Under the pieces are notes generated by a model, which saw nothing but the letters and a program-made list of their open reading frames with translations, was not told where the DNA came from and searched no databases. From Pachysolen tannophilus NRRL Y-2460 (lineage: Eukaryota), in the NCBI GenBank assembly GCA_001661245.1, contig KV454012.1:826848-890847 (forward strand): 64,000 nucleotides of DNA, given 5' to 3'. The translations under genes and the position numbers were made by a program. Positions 23,312 through 35,524 of this stretch are shown here, one piece after another. Each line of letters begins with the position of its first letter. The first letter of the stretch is position 1.

Positions 23312-25399
23312 ATGTCAAAGAAAGATGAACGGGATGAGAGTCTGGCGGAGATGCAAGTGTCTGCAGGACAAATTTTGGCTGAGGCGTATGAGCGTAGGGA
23401 TCCACCAGTTAAATATTCAAATTATGGAATTAATGATTTGGAAGAATTAAATGATTATCAATTAAAAATTAGAACATCTTATGAAAAGGCGCTACAGTTT
23501 AAAAGGTCTGATATTGATCAATATGTGCGGTATGCTAAGTGGGAATGGGATTTAAAGAATTATGATAGAGCAAGGTCAATTTTAGAAAGACTGATTAATA
23601 TTAATAATTCAAATGTTAGATTATGGTTAGCTTATTTAAATTTAGAAATTTCTCATAAAAATATCAATCATGCTAGAAATTTATTTGAAAGATGTTTAAC
23701 TATTTTACCAAAAGTTGATAAATTTTATTATGAATATATTCAATTTGAAGAAATTTTAGGAAATTTTAATAATGTTAAAGAAATTTTTAATAGATGGATT
23801 AATTGGAAACCAAAAAATTCAAAAATTTATTTAAATTATATTAGATTTTTAAATAAATATAAAGATTTAGAAAATTGCAGAAAAATTTATGAAAAATTAA
23901 TTATTCAAATACCACAATTTGAATATATTGAAAAATATATAATTTTTGAAAAAAAAAATGGTGGTAATGTACTGAATTTATATAATTTAATTATTGAAAA
24001 TTTACAAAAATCAAATATTTTATCACAAGAAATTTTAATCTCATATATTGATTATGAATTATCATTATCCCTTGATTCTACAAATTTACAAAAAATTGAT
24101 AAAATTTTTAAATTTGGTTTTGATAATTTATCAAAAGATAAAAGTATTAAATTATACAATTATTATATAAATTATCTTAAACAATATAATAATGATAAAT
24201 TTAAAATAGAAAGTGGAGTATTATTGAAAAGAAAATTGAAATATGAATCAGAATTAATACAAACTCCTAATGATTATGATTTATGGTGGATTTATTTAGA
24301 TTTGATATTAGAATTATCTTTACCAGATGTTGAATCATATTTTGAAAAATGTTTATTAGAAAATATTCCTAAATTTAAAAAAGAGAAAAAATATTGGAAA
24401 AGATATTTATTATTATGGTTAAGATATTTATATTATTTAGAATTGGATTCGAAAAAAATTGAAAAAACAAGAGAAATGTATGATAAATTATTAAAAGAAA
24501 TAATTCCAAATAAATATTTTACATCTGGTAAAATTTGGATGAATTATTCTAATTTTGAAATTAGACAAGGAAATTTAATAAAAGCAAGAAAATTATATGG
24601 TTATTGTATGGGTAAATTCCCAAATAAAAAATTTTTTTACAAAAAATATATTGATTTAGAACTTAATTTAAAACAATTTGATAATGTACGTAAGATTTAT
24701 GAAAAATTTTTAATAATTCATAATGATGACTTAACAATTTGGTTTAATTATATCAATTTTGAAATTGAATTAGAAGAATATTTAAGAGCTGAAAAATTAA
24801 TTGAAATTTTATTGTTGAACCCTTCTACTATGAGTGAAAAATTCAAAATATACAAGTTTTATTTAAATTTTTTGATCCATGATCTTTATGATTTTAAACG
24901 TACAAGAAAAGTTTATCAGAATTTGCTACAAGAATCGGATTATAATGTTAATATATATATTGCATATGCATTAAACGAATTAAGTATCCCAACAGATGAG
25001 CAATTGCAAAAATTCCAAGAAAATCTGGATGATGAAGGAATGGAAATAGAGATAACAGATGTTCACTTAAATAATGTTAGAAACTTATTTGAAAAAGGAT
25101 CATTGCATTATAAACAGGACAAAGAGAAAAGAATAACTTTATTGGAGGCTTATAAAAATTTCGAGAAATCATATGGAGATCAAAACAGCTATGACAAAGT
25201 TAAGAGTAGACTACCACTTGTTGTCAAGAGAAAGACTGTAAATGAAGAAGGTGAGCAAAAAGAGGTTATTGATTACATATTTGAAGACGATAATGAAAAC
25301 AAAAAGGACAATAATGACAAAAACGGTGACGCCGGTATTATTAATAATGAATTTTTAGCAAATGCTAGAAAATGGATGTTGGAAAACAGCAAAAAATAA
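23312..25399 (+). CDS. CLF1: NineTeen-complex HAT-repeat splicing factor Clf1/crooked neck
   Basis: QVSAGQIL, DLEELNDYQ, YAKWE..RARSILER, KNINHARNLFER, P.DYDLW, YIDLE, FLANARKW. Confidence 0.9.
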   Translation: MSKKDERDESLAEMQVSAGQILAEAYERRDPPVKYSNYGINDLEELNDYQLKIRTSYEKALQFKRSDIDQYVRYAKWEWDLKNYDRARSILERLININNSNVRLWLAYLNLEISHKNINHARNLFERCLTILPKVDKFYYEYIQFEEILGNFNNVKEIFNRWINWKPKNSKIYLNYIRFLNKYKDLENCRKIYEKLIIQIPQFEYIEKYIIFEKKNGGNVLNLYNLIIENLQKSNILSQEILISYIDYELSLSLDSTNLQKIDKIFKFGFDNLSKDKSIKLYNYYINYLKQYNNDKFKIESGVLLKRKLKYESELIQTPNDYDLWWIYLDLILELSLPDVESYFEKCLLENIPKFKKEKKYWKRYLLLWLRYLYYLELDSKKIEKTREMYDKLLKEIIPNKYFTSGKIWMNYSNFEIRQGNLIKARKLYGYCMGKFPNKKFFYKKYIDLELNLKQFDNVRKIYEKFLIIHNDDLTIWFNYINFEIELEEYLRAEKLIEILLLNPSTMSEKFKIYKFYLNFLIHDLYDFKRTRKVYQNLLQESDYNVNIYIAYALNELSIPTDEQLQKFQENLDDEGMEIEITDVHLNNVRNLFEKGSLHYKQDKEKRITLLEAYKNFEKSYGDQNSYDKVKSRLPLVVKRKTVNEEGEQKEVIDYIFEDDNENKKDNNDKNGDAGIINNEFLANARKWMLENSKK

Positions 25400-25408
25400 T
25401 AGTTTTTT

Positions 25409-25449
<41 letters not shown>

Positions 25450-25470
25450 TTTTTTTTTTTTTTTTTTTAA

Positions 25471-25742
25471 NNNNNNNNNNNNNNNNNNNNNNNNNNNNNN
25501 NNNNNNNNNNNNNNNNNNNNNNNNNNNNNNNNNNNNNNNNNNNNNNNNNNNNNNNNNNNNNNNNNNNNNNNNNNNNNNNNNNNNNNNNNNNNNNNNNNNN
25601 NNNNNNNNNNNNNNNNNNNNNNNNNNNNNNNNNNNNNNNNNNNNNNNNNNNNNNNNNNNNNNNNNNNNNNNNNNNNNNNNNNNNNNNNNNNNNNNNNNNN
25701 NNNNNNNNNNNNNNNNNNNNNNNNNNNNNNNNNNNNNNNNNN
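25471..25742. other. assembly gap
   Basis: Run of N between poly-T tracts. Confidence 0.99.
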
Positions 25743-25794
25743 AGACAAAAATAATTAGTTTTTTATTTTTTTTTTTTTTTTTTTCTTTTTTTTT

Positions 25795-27525
25795 TCAAAA
25801 TGTATTATTATTATTTTTTAAATCCCATTGTATATCTAATAATGATTCAGATGAAGCAAATTTACCTGTAGTTGGGAACCCATAAAATTTGAAGTCAGTG
25901 GGGTCTTTTTTACTGGATATCATCACCATTGGTAAGTTATCTAATTTTTGTAAATCGTCTAAATCAATTAGTTTAAATTTTTCCTTATCATACAACAAAT
26001 GCAAATCTTGCTTATAATTGAACAATCTCAATTTTAATGACTTTATTGAAGCATTTTCATGTTGCTTGAACCTGAGGAAACAAGTATTATCAAACAAAAT
26101 CCAGTCAGTATGATGTTTCTCAGGAACTTCTATTAGAACTTCTGGTGATTCGTATCTAAGAGGGGCTTGTCTCTTAATGTGCACCTTGAAAAACTTGGAA
26201 TTTCCTCGTACATCTGTAGATATTTTCCATTGAAGTCCTAATACTGTGAATTTTGTAATAGAATTACTTTTCTTTGATGACAGTAAAATCTTATCATAAA
26301 TAGAATTTTCTTTATTGTGTAATTTTGTAAACATATAATGATAATTTTTTAAAGGGGATATTTTATAGCACAATTTATAAAAAAATCTATCAATTATTAA
26401 TTTATCATATTCTTTGGTATCAAAATCTAACTCATGTTCATCTAAAGAAATTTCATATTCCAAATAGGATTTATCAAATCTCAAACATCCATTATTAATT
26501 AATTTTGTTTCTAAATTGTGAATCCTGATATTAACCTTCAGTAATAAATCAGTAACTGAATTTAAAAGCTCTAATATTTTTTCACAAGATATTAATTTTT
26601 GCGATAAAAGATATCTCAACTTGTTTCTAAGAGTGAGTTGATAATCTGTGTTAGTATAATCCTCAAACCAGAGCAAATTGTTTTCTTTACAATAATTGTA
26701 TAATTCACTTTTACTTGTTTTCAATAATGGTCGTACTACATGAATTTGATCATGAGGAGATTTTGGAGGTAATGGTAATAACGATTTAAATCTTAGTCCA
26801 CCAACAAGTCCAAAAATCGTACTGTTATTATGTAATCTTAGTAAAAAAGTTTCCACCAGATCGTCCTTAGTATGACCAACGAATAAGTACTTGATTCCAT
26901 TTGATAAACAGTATTCATGCAAGAGTTCATATCTTTTCAGTCTTGAAACTTCTTCAAAGTTGGGTATATGAGGAAATAATGGAGATGAAGACCAATCAAT
27001 TTTTAATATTTTGTGTTCAACAACAACAGCTTTATCAGAGGAACTACTAGAACAAAGAGAACCATCACTTTTAAAAGTCTTTTTCATTCCAGCCACTGTG
27101 AGAAGCTGCTTACTCCCGAGCCCGCTATCCAACAAATTTCCCGGCAGGCTCTCATGCAAGCTCTTCGGCCCACTCCCCTGCACTTCCCCGCAACACCGCC
27201 CGATACCATTTCCATACTGATGATAATCATGATTTTCCAAAAAATGACCAATTTGACATGCCTCTTTTGAACTTTCCTTTCTATACTGATGATCTATAGT
27301 AATTGCCACTATTTTATAAGAATCTCTCTGTTTTGTCTGTCTTAAATAATTTTTCAACAAAAATGTTAAAGAGACAGAATCGACCCCACCTGAAAGTGCC
27401 ACTCCCAATTTCGCTGGTACGGCAGATTTAGAATCTACCACTTGCAGCAACAGTCCAAAAAACTTTGATACATGTGAATTAAAACTAGATTGTACCTGTG
27501 ACAGTAACAACAGCTTAGATGCCAT
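25795..27525 (-). CDS. tRNA(Ile)-lysidine synthetase (TilS-like PP-loop protein), probably mitochondrial
   Basis: VALSGGVDS PP-loop, ITIDHQYR.ES..EA, EEVSRLKRY, GHTKDDLVETFLLRL, RPLL, WFEDYTN, RNKLR. Confidence 0.88.
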   Translation of the reverse strand: MASKLLLLSQVQSSFNSHVSKFFGLLLQVVDSKSAVPAKLGVALSGGVDSVSLTFLLKNYLRQTKQRDSYKIVAITIDHQYRKESSKEACQIGHFLENHDYHQYGNGIGRCCGEVQGSGPKSLHESLPGNLLDSGLGSKQLLTVAGMKKTFKSDGSLCSSSSSDKAVVVEHKILKIDWSSSPLFPHIPNFEEVSRLKRYELLHEYCLSNGIKYLFVGHTKDDLVETFLLRLHNNSTIFGLVGGLRFKSLLPLPPKSPHDQIHVVRPLLKTSKSELYNYCKENNLLWFEDYTNTDYQLTLRNKLRYLLSQKLISCEKILELLNSVTDLLLKVNIRIHNLETKLINNGCLRFDKSYLEYEISLDEHELDFDTKEYDKLIIDRFFYKLCYKISPLKNYHYMFTKLHNKENSIYDKILLSSKKSNSITKFTVLGLQWKISTDVRGNSKFFKVHIKRQAPLRYESPEVLIEVPEKHHTDWILFDNTCFLRFKQHENASIKSLKLRLFNYKQDLHLLYDKEKFKLIDLDDLQKLDNLPMVMISSKKDPTDFKFYGFPTTGKFASSESLLDIQWDLKNNNNTF

Positions 27526-27717
27526 TACATGGACCGATAAACAAAAAAAAAGAAAAATTAAAAAAAAAAATAAAAATTACGTCCAAATGTGTGCGTGGTA
27601 TGGTAGTAAGTATAAGTACTAAATAATTTACGGATTAATTAATACCAAGTGTCTTACTATTTCGCTGGAAAAAAACGGAAAATTTTCTTCCAAAAAATTT
27701 TTTAATATTTAGGGAAA

Positions 27718-27877
27718 CCCCAGATTATACTATTAAAATGGGAATTATTGACGTTTGAATTTTGAGCTATGCCTTTAGCGAAAATGGTTCATTTTATGAA
27801 CCTTTTTTGATAAAATGGGTCTTTTGATGAACCTTTCAGAGCCCTCTGGAAATGGGAACTAATCAATTTTTGTGGGG
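27718..27877. promoter_or_regulatory. Mig1 sites in the MIG1 promoter
   Basis: ATAATCTGGGG (minus strand, 27728-27718) and TTTTTGTGGGG (27867-27877). Confidence 0.5.
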
Positions 27878-28199
27878 ATATATACAAAAAATAATATATA
27901 ACTAACGAAAAGAAAAAAAAAACATAAAAAAAAATTTTTCCCTTATATGGTAAAAGGTGAAATTATTATTATATTATTTTTATCTATATCCATTTCCTTG
28001 AATATATATTTTATATTGAGATTAGATTGAAACCAGATTTATACGGATTATTAAGCAAGTGTTTATTTTTTCTTTGATAAGGGAAGGTAAAAAAGAAAGG
28101 AAAAAGAAGTATTATATGTATCTATAGATTATTCACTGTAGTGATTTTTGTTTGAAATAAGGTTTACAAAATTTCATAATTTATATAAAATATAAAATC

Positions 28200-30140
28200 A
28201 TGTCTATGGATAATACGGCTAATGATGGTAGTACGGCCAGTACGATGAAGAGTGTTTCGGCGAATACGAAAACAGTGACATCGGAGTTACTGAGACCTTA
28301 TAAATGTCCAATGTGTGATAAGCTGTTTCATAGGTTGGAACATCAGACAAGACATATCAGAACACATACCGGTGAAAAACCTCATCATTGCAATTACCCC
28401 GGATGTTTTAAAAAATTTTCTAGGTCAGATGAGTTAACAAGACATTTGAGAATACATACAAATCCGAATTCTAGAAAGAGACAACAGGAGAGGAAAAAAT
28501 TCTTACAGCAGCAGCAGCAGCAGCAGCAGTTGCAACAACAACAACAACAACAAAATCATAAAATTGTACCGGAGAATATTAGTGGCGCGGATGATGTAGC
28601 CAATACTGCTTTAATGGACATTGACGATACTAATTCTAATGCTAATAGTGATGCTCTGGTGTCAAAAACAAGAATACCATTAAAGCCAAAGATTAAAAAA
28701 TCAAAGGCAAAGAAAGAATCACTTTTGAATAGTACATCAAGTCCTAATTTGAAAAAAAAATCCCAGGATATTATACTTTCAAATTCCAAATCATCGTTGG
28801 ATATGAATGTCTTGGCAACAGCTGCATCGGAAGAGTTGAAACAGTTGGAGCGTATCAAGCAGCATAATAATAGCAGTGATAGTAATAGTAGTAACAACAG
28901 TAATAGTATTGGTAATAATAATGCGGGGACATCTAAAAGCAATGTTCAATTTTTATTGGGTTCAGAAGATGATTTGATAAAACAAGTCAAATCCTTACCA
29001 TCGTTATCCGATTATTTCAGCAGTCATCCGTCTTCTTCTACATTAGCATCATATATACCCAGTGCACAATTTCCTCATCTGCTTCCACATCAACAGCCAC
29101 TCTCGCATCCACAATCACAGTCAAATTTACAATCGCAGTCGCATCCACAACCAAATGCAAATTCAAATATACCTCAAAATCAGAATCAATATCAGTACCA
29201 TTATCTGCCACAGCAACAGCACTATTCATTACCAATCACGCCACCTGCCCCTGCACCTTCATCATCTTCATCTTCGCTGGTTTCACCATTTTTCCAACGT
29301 CCTGGTAAAACAACTTTTTCGTCATTGCAACGTATGACTCCGATCATATCTAATGGAAACGAACGGAACAGTATGCAGGTGGTATCAACAACAGTGGAAG
29401 GCTCCAAACCAAACAGTGCATTGTCGAGATCGTATTCAAACACCGATTTTTACAATCTTAGCAAGTCTAATAATAATAAAAAATCAAGACCAAATTCCCC
29501 TACAATGCTTTCGTTTGGAAATTCAGGTTTGGTTAATCCACCTCCATTCTTTAGCCAACCTAATTCATTCACTAATTTGTCCTCCCTAATTTACTCAAAA
29601 CTTCCTGGTGGTGCCAATATCAATACCAATGCAAATTCCAATACCAATTCCAATGTCAATAACGTTAATTCCGGGGCCAACATGGGCACCAGCGCTTATT
29701 CCAGCTCTAATGGCAGTTCTAGCCTTGGTGGAAGCACCAGTGCCATACATAGTCGTGACTCATCGGCGGCATTGCATTTATTAGGTTTGGGGTTGACGTC
29801 ATCCTCGTCTTCAACTATGCCCAAAAATATGGTTGCGACCCCGGAGGAAACTCCTTTGCAAACACCTCTGGTTTCACCAGGGTTACACCCGGTAAGTTCT
29901 TTCACTTCAGGTGGAGTCTCTTCTAATCACATGTCATTGCCGCCACTACGAAGTTTGAAATTAGATTTGCCTCAAGATTTGAAAGATGTAGAAGATGAAG
30001 ACCAAGACCAAGAAGAAGAATCAGGTAAAAAAACCCCCACCAATCATTCATTCCAATCTGCAGTTAATAAGAATCAGAATAATAATGTAGGATTAATGGG
30101 GTTCACTCCTATAAACAACAGTAACCAGGAGGGCCACTGA
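28200..30140 (+). CDS. MIG1: C2H2 carbon catabolite repressor Mig1/CreA
   Basis: [52 protein letters not shown] and the LPPLRSL repression motif. Confidence 0.95.
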   Translation: MSMDNTANDGSTASTMKSVSANTKTVTSELLRPYKCPMCDKLFHRLEHQTRHIRTHTGEKPHHCNYPGCFKKFSRSDELTRHLRIHTNPNSRKRQQERKKFLQQQQQQQQLQQQQQQQNHKIVPENISGADDVANTALMDIDDTNSNANSDALVSKTRIPLKPKIKKSKAKKESLLNSTSSPNLKKKSQDIILSNSKSSLDMNVLATAASEELKQLERIKQHNNSSDSNSSNNSNSIGNNNAGTSKSNVQFLLGSEDDLIKQVKSLPSLSDYFSSHPSSSTLASYIPSAQFPHLLPHQQPLSHPQSQSNLQSQSHPQPNANSNIPQNQNQYQYHYLPQQQHYSLPITPPAPAPSSSSSSLVSPFFQRPGKTTFSSLQRMTPIISNGNERNSMQVVSTTVEGSKPNSALSRSYSNTDFYNLSKSNNNKKSRPNSPTMLSFGNSGLVNPPPFFSQPNSFTNLSSLIYSKLPGGANINTNANSNTNSNVNNVNSGANMGTSAYSSSNGSSSLGGSTSAIHSRDSSAALHLLGLGLTSSSSSTMPKNMVATPEETPLQTPLVSPGLHPVSSFTSGGVSSNHMSLPPLRSLKLDLPQDLKDVEDEDQDQEEESGKKTPTNHSFQSAVNKNQNNNVGLMGFTPINNSNQEGH

Positions 30141-30486
30141 GACTTACAACTTTCTGTCGGTGTATTTGCGTGTTATATTTACATGTATGTTTAAGTCAAT
30201 ATATATATAATAATAATGCTTGATGAATTGTATTTTAAGTTTATGCTTTTTTCTTTTTTTTTTTTTTTATCTTTTGTTTTATTGTTTTAGGCTACAACAT
30301 TTGAAATGTTGTGTTTCTCGATTCATGTCAAGAAAATTCCCAATTTTGGATAACAAAGTATGATTTCCCCCTCTGCACGAGTCTGGTATATAAATAGCTC
30401 GAAATAAGGGATAATCAGATGAAGATTCTGTGTAGTTATAGTATTGTACTTTATTTATAATTACTGAAAGAATGGATTTTGTAACA

Positions 30487-31708
30487 ATGAAGTTAGCAAT
30501 TGTTAGGTTCTGTTTAAGTTTATTAGTTTTCAGCTCTTGGGCACATGCCAACTCAAGTTCGTATACAACTTCAACGCCTGCTTATGTATTTTCGGTAAGT
30601 AAGTAAGGGAAGGGAAAAAAAAAGGGATGATAAAGGAAAAGGGAAGCTTAGCTTACATAAAAGAGAGAAAGAAAGAAAAATCTGTAACTAACATCATTTT
30701 ATTTTATAAAAGTCCAATTCGGCATTCGGTTGTTCCAGTTGTTCATTAATCACTACTCTGTCAAGTTTGCAAGGCACAGAGTCATATACACCTTCAAGCA
30801 CAACAAGTAGCAGTACAACTGTCAGTAGCGCTACTGATAGTAGTACAAGTAGTAGTACCACTAGTAGCGGTAGCACCACAGGTATTGCTTCAACCGTGCT
30901 GGATCAAGTTGGTTCTCAACATAGCGCAATTTCAGCTCACAATAATGGAGAGGGGAGTTCTTCTACATTAACGGCGTTCGCGTCAGCTCTTTCTTCGGTT
31001 CCTTCAAAATCCGATTCAGACGACACTACTACGATTACTGTTGCCACAGAGACTATAACATCGAGCATTTTACCTGCTCAGCTTATAGTTGTTACCTCAT
31101 CTAGTCTGGTCAATGTAACAGGAGTTTCAGTTTTCCCTGCTATTGCAAGCGCAATCAGCGCTTTTATCGATGGATCAGATACAGCTCTGAGTTTTGTTAC
31201 GAGTTACTACACTAGTTCGTCATTCAAGACATTTGTTTCAACTTACGTGCTGTTCAATACCTCATCGGGTTCAAGTACTTATAAAACTACTTACACTGCA
31301 GGTTCAACAAATAGTACAGGAGGGTATGGCAAGAAATGGAATATACTGACTTCACAGGCAAGTCTACCTTTCACTTACACTGTTACCGTTAATAATTGTT
31401 ACGCTTCAGCATCGGTTCCAATATCATCAATTCCAAGTTCGGCTTTAGAGCTTGCTCTCGGTTCTTCTGTTGTTTTCCCATCAACCCTTTTCCCATCTTC
31501 TACATCTTTCCCAAATTTTTCATCAATTTTATCAACATCGACATTCAGTTTTGATGAAACGGTGAAAAGTTCATCTGAAGCCACACCCTTTGGTACCACA
31601 GCAGAATTCGACATTTCAACTGGAGGTGCAAATCATAGAATTGGTAGAATTGAAATTACAGGTGTATTAGGAATCATCTTTACTGCATTGTTGTCAATTA
31701 TAATGTAA
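30487..31708 (+). CDS. Ser/Thr-rich, putatively GPI-anchored cell-surface protein; exons 30487-30594 and 30713-31708 (367 aa)
   Basis: Exon 1 encodes a signal peptide (MKLAIVRFCLSLLVFSSWAHA). The phase-0 intron has GTAAGT, AACTAAC (30686-30692) and AAG. The body is S/T-rich with a hydrophobic C-terminal tail. Confidence 0.8.
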
Positions 31709-31976
31709 TAGAAATTTAATTGCTAGATTTTATGACTTGGGTTTATTGTCTTCGCAATATTTTTCTTTTTTTTTGTTCTTATTTTTTTGTTTTTTTTTTT
31801 TTGCTGAAGATATTTATTTCATCTTTCAAAAAGGGGTGCATATATACAATCAATCTAAGAAGTCAAAATAAAACCCGGACACTAATCTTGTAGATTGTTA
31901 AAAGTTGTTTTTCAAACTCAACTTTTTCCCCTCTCATCTCATGTTACTCCAAATTTTTTAAAACATGAAAAATTAG

Positions 31977-31984
31977 CACGTGAC
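31977..31984 (-). promoter_or_regulatory. Cbf1 site upstream of MET17
   Basis: GTCACGTG about 325 bp upstream of the MET17 ATG, typical of MET genes. Confidence 0.7.
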
Positions 31985-32304
31985 TTGACGTTTCTTGCAT
32001 ATTTTTGACATCTAATTGCATGCTTTTTTCTTTGTAAAATGAATCACATTATATGATTTGTTAAGTATGGTGTGTCTTTGATAAATCAATTTCCACCTCA
32101 AAAAGAAAAGTATTCACACAGTTATCCAATTAACTTTTCATTTCCAATTGAAACTGTATTAATTGTATAAATATTATAAATTTAAACTTTTTCGTCGTTG
32201 TTTTTTACTTCTTTTAAATATATATTATTTTATTTTATTATTCTGTACATAAAAGAAAATACGTACTTGACTTTCTTTTTGCTTTTTTAATTTTAAATAT
32301 ATAG

Positions 32305-33645
<1,341 letters not shown>

Positions 33646-34156
33646 ATATGATGATTTTACAGTTTTATAGTTTCTCTTATTTTCGGCTTTTTCCCTTTTA
33701 TATGTACTTTTAAACATATTTGTATACTCATTTATAGATATGTGATAAAAATATGAATGATGTGCCAAAACAACAACTCCGAAGAATATAAAATTATAAA
33801 CTTTACTTAAAAGTGACCTATTTGGGTCGTGTCGTGGCCCAATATCTGAACCACAACATTTCAAATGTTGTATGTACGTTTTGGGAAACTTCTCAACATC
33901 AAAGAAATTCAGTAAACTTTAAATGTTGATAAGATAATTTTCCGAGAGATAAGCCATGAACGGTATAAAAGACAGTAAAGATATCAAATCATTATGTCCG
34001 CAAAACTTATTTTCTTCCTGTTCTATTTTATTTTAATGTGTTATTTTCTTTTCTTACTTTCAGTTTTAGTTTTGATGGTACTTTTGTTTTAGCGCTTATA
34101 AAGGAAAAGTTTGAAAAAAAGCATTAATCGTGATTGAATTTACTTGAGCTTTGAAT

Positions 34157-35524
34157 ATGACTGTTTCAAAGACATCTATGGTTCGTATAGTGCAATGGGG
34201 TTTAGCCGCCATTGCATTGGCGATTTCTGGGAAGTTAACTTCAGATAATACTTCATTATCATCTATAGCTTCTGATCTTAACGATTTAAATTCTTCAAAT
34301 TCATCAACATCGTCAACCTTATCTTCCTTAACTAAAAGGTATGCATATTTGAATAAAGAAATTTTAAGTGAAGGTAATTATAGCGAAGAAGAAAATAATT
34401 ATAATGGGAGCGGTTATTTACAACTATTAAAAAGAGAGGATGATGATGACGATACTGATTCAAGTTCTAATATAACTTTGGCTTCTAGTTTAAAATCATC
34501 AGCCATTTCATTGTCTTCAGGTTCTCTTTCGGTTTTTTCAATTCCTACACTTTCATTTTTACCAAAATCGTTCACTGAAAATTATGTCAAAGCGTTCTCA
34601 ATCACTTCTACTTCAACTTCAACTTCAAGTTCGTTAACTAAAACTGATTACAGTTATATGGGTGGATTAGCGGTTAGTGAAGTAGGTGCCCATGTTTTGT
34701 TTTTTGCCAGTTTTGTCTACCAAGTTGCTGAATATGGCGCAATGGATTGCACAAGTATTGAGAGTTTATTACAAAATTATAATGTAACTAATGACGATAG
34801 TGAAGATCTAAGTGATTTTTTCAATTATCTAGAGTCAAGTAGTAATGATACTAGTAGTGATGATGACATAATTAGCTCAATATTTTCAGGTTATTCAAAT
34901 TCGTCTACATCTTCTTCAGCTTCTTTGAGTGGTCTCAGCACTAATAATCTTACTACAACTGAGACTGAAGCTAAGTTATTGATACAATTGGCTTCAAACT
35001 GTCAATTGAAAAAAGCTTCAATTGGTATTTGTTTTGTAGTATGGGTTGCTTATATTATTACCACAAGCTCAGTCTCATATAGTGGCTACAGCTTATATAA
35101 ATCCTATAAGAGTTCCAAAAGCAGCAGCGGTGATAATAAAACCACAGAACCAAAAACTGGTTCTAGTGCTCTGGCAAAAAATCTAGATTCAAATAATACA
35201 GATCATAAGAATAATTTTTCAACAAGGGAGAGTCCAAGTAAAGCAACGCCAACAAGTAGCGGGACTAAAGATGTCGTTGATACAGGAAAGAATAATCAAT
35301 TTCGTTTAATTTATAACAAGACAGGAGTATTTAGTTCTCATGGAAGCAATAATGCATCTTCAACTACAATTGATAACGACCAAAGTAAAAACGATTTTCC
35401 AGTAGAACCTAAGAAGAAGACTCAATATAGGTTGGTATATAATAGGTCGGTAACTTTTCCAAAAATTGAAAGCTATGAAGTTGATGATGATGAAGATCCA
35501 AGTATGGAAAAATTGGATGTTTGA
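34157..35524 (+). CDS. hypothetical multi-pass membrane protein with Ser-rich loops (possibly MARVEL-like)
   Basis: About 455-aa ORF with hydrophobic segments at VRIVQWGLAAIALAISG, GAHVLFFASFVY and CQLKKASIGICFVVWVAYII. Confidence 0.75.
   Translation: MTVSKTSMVRIVQWGLAAIALAISGKLTSDNTSLSSIASDLNDLNSSNSSTSSTLSSLTKRYAYLNKEILSEGNYSEEENNYNGSGYLQLLKREDDDDDTDSSSNITLASSLKSSAISLSSGSLSVFSIPTLSFLPKSFTENYVKAFSITSTSTSTSSSLTKTDYSYMGGLAVSEVGAHVLFFASFVYQVAEYGAMDCTSIESLLQNYNVTNDDSEDLSDFFNYLESSSNDTSSDDDIISSIFSGYSNSSTSSSASLSGLSTNNLTTTETEAKLLIQLASNCQLKKASIGICFVVWVAYIITTSSVSYSGYSLYKSYKSSKSSSGDNKTTEPKTGSSALAKNLDSNNTDHKNNFSTRESPSKATPTSSGTKDVVDTGKNNQFRLIYNKTGVFSSHGSNNASSTTIDNDQSKNDFPVEPKKKTQYRLVYNRSVTFPKIESYEVDDDEDPSMEKLDV

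Noticed and set aside
25362..25754. ORFs spanning the N run
   Set aside because: Artefacts of the gap and of poly-T tracts.
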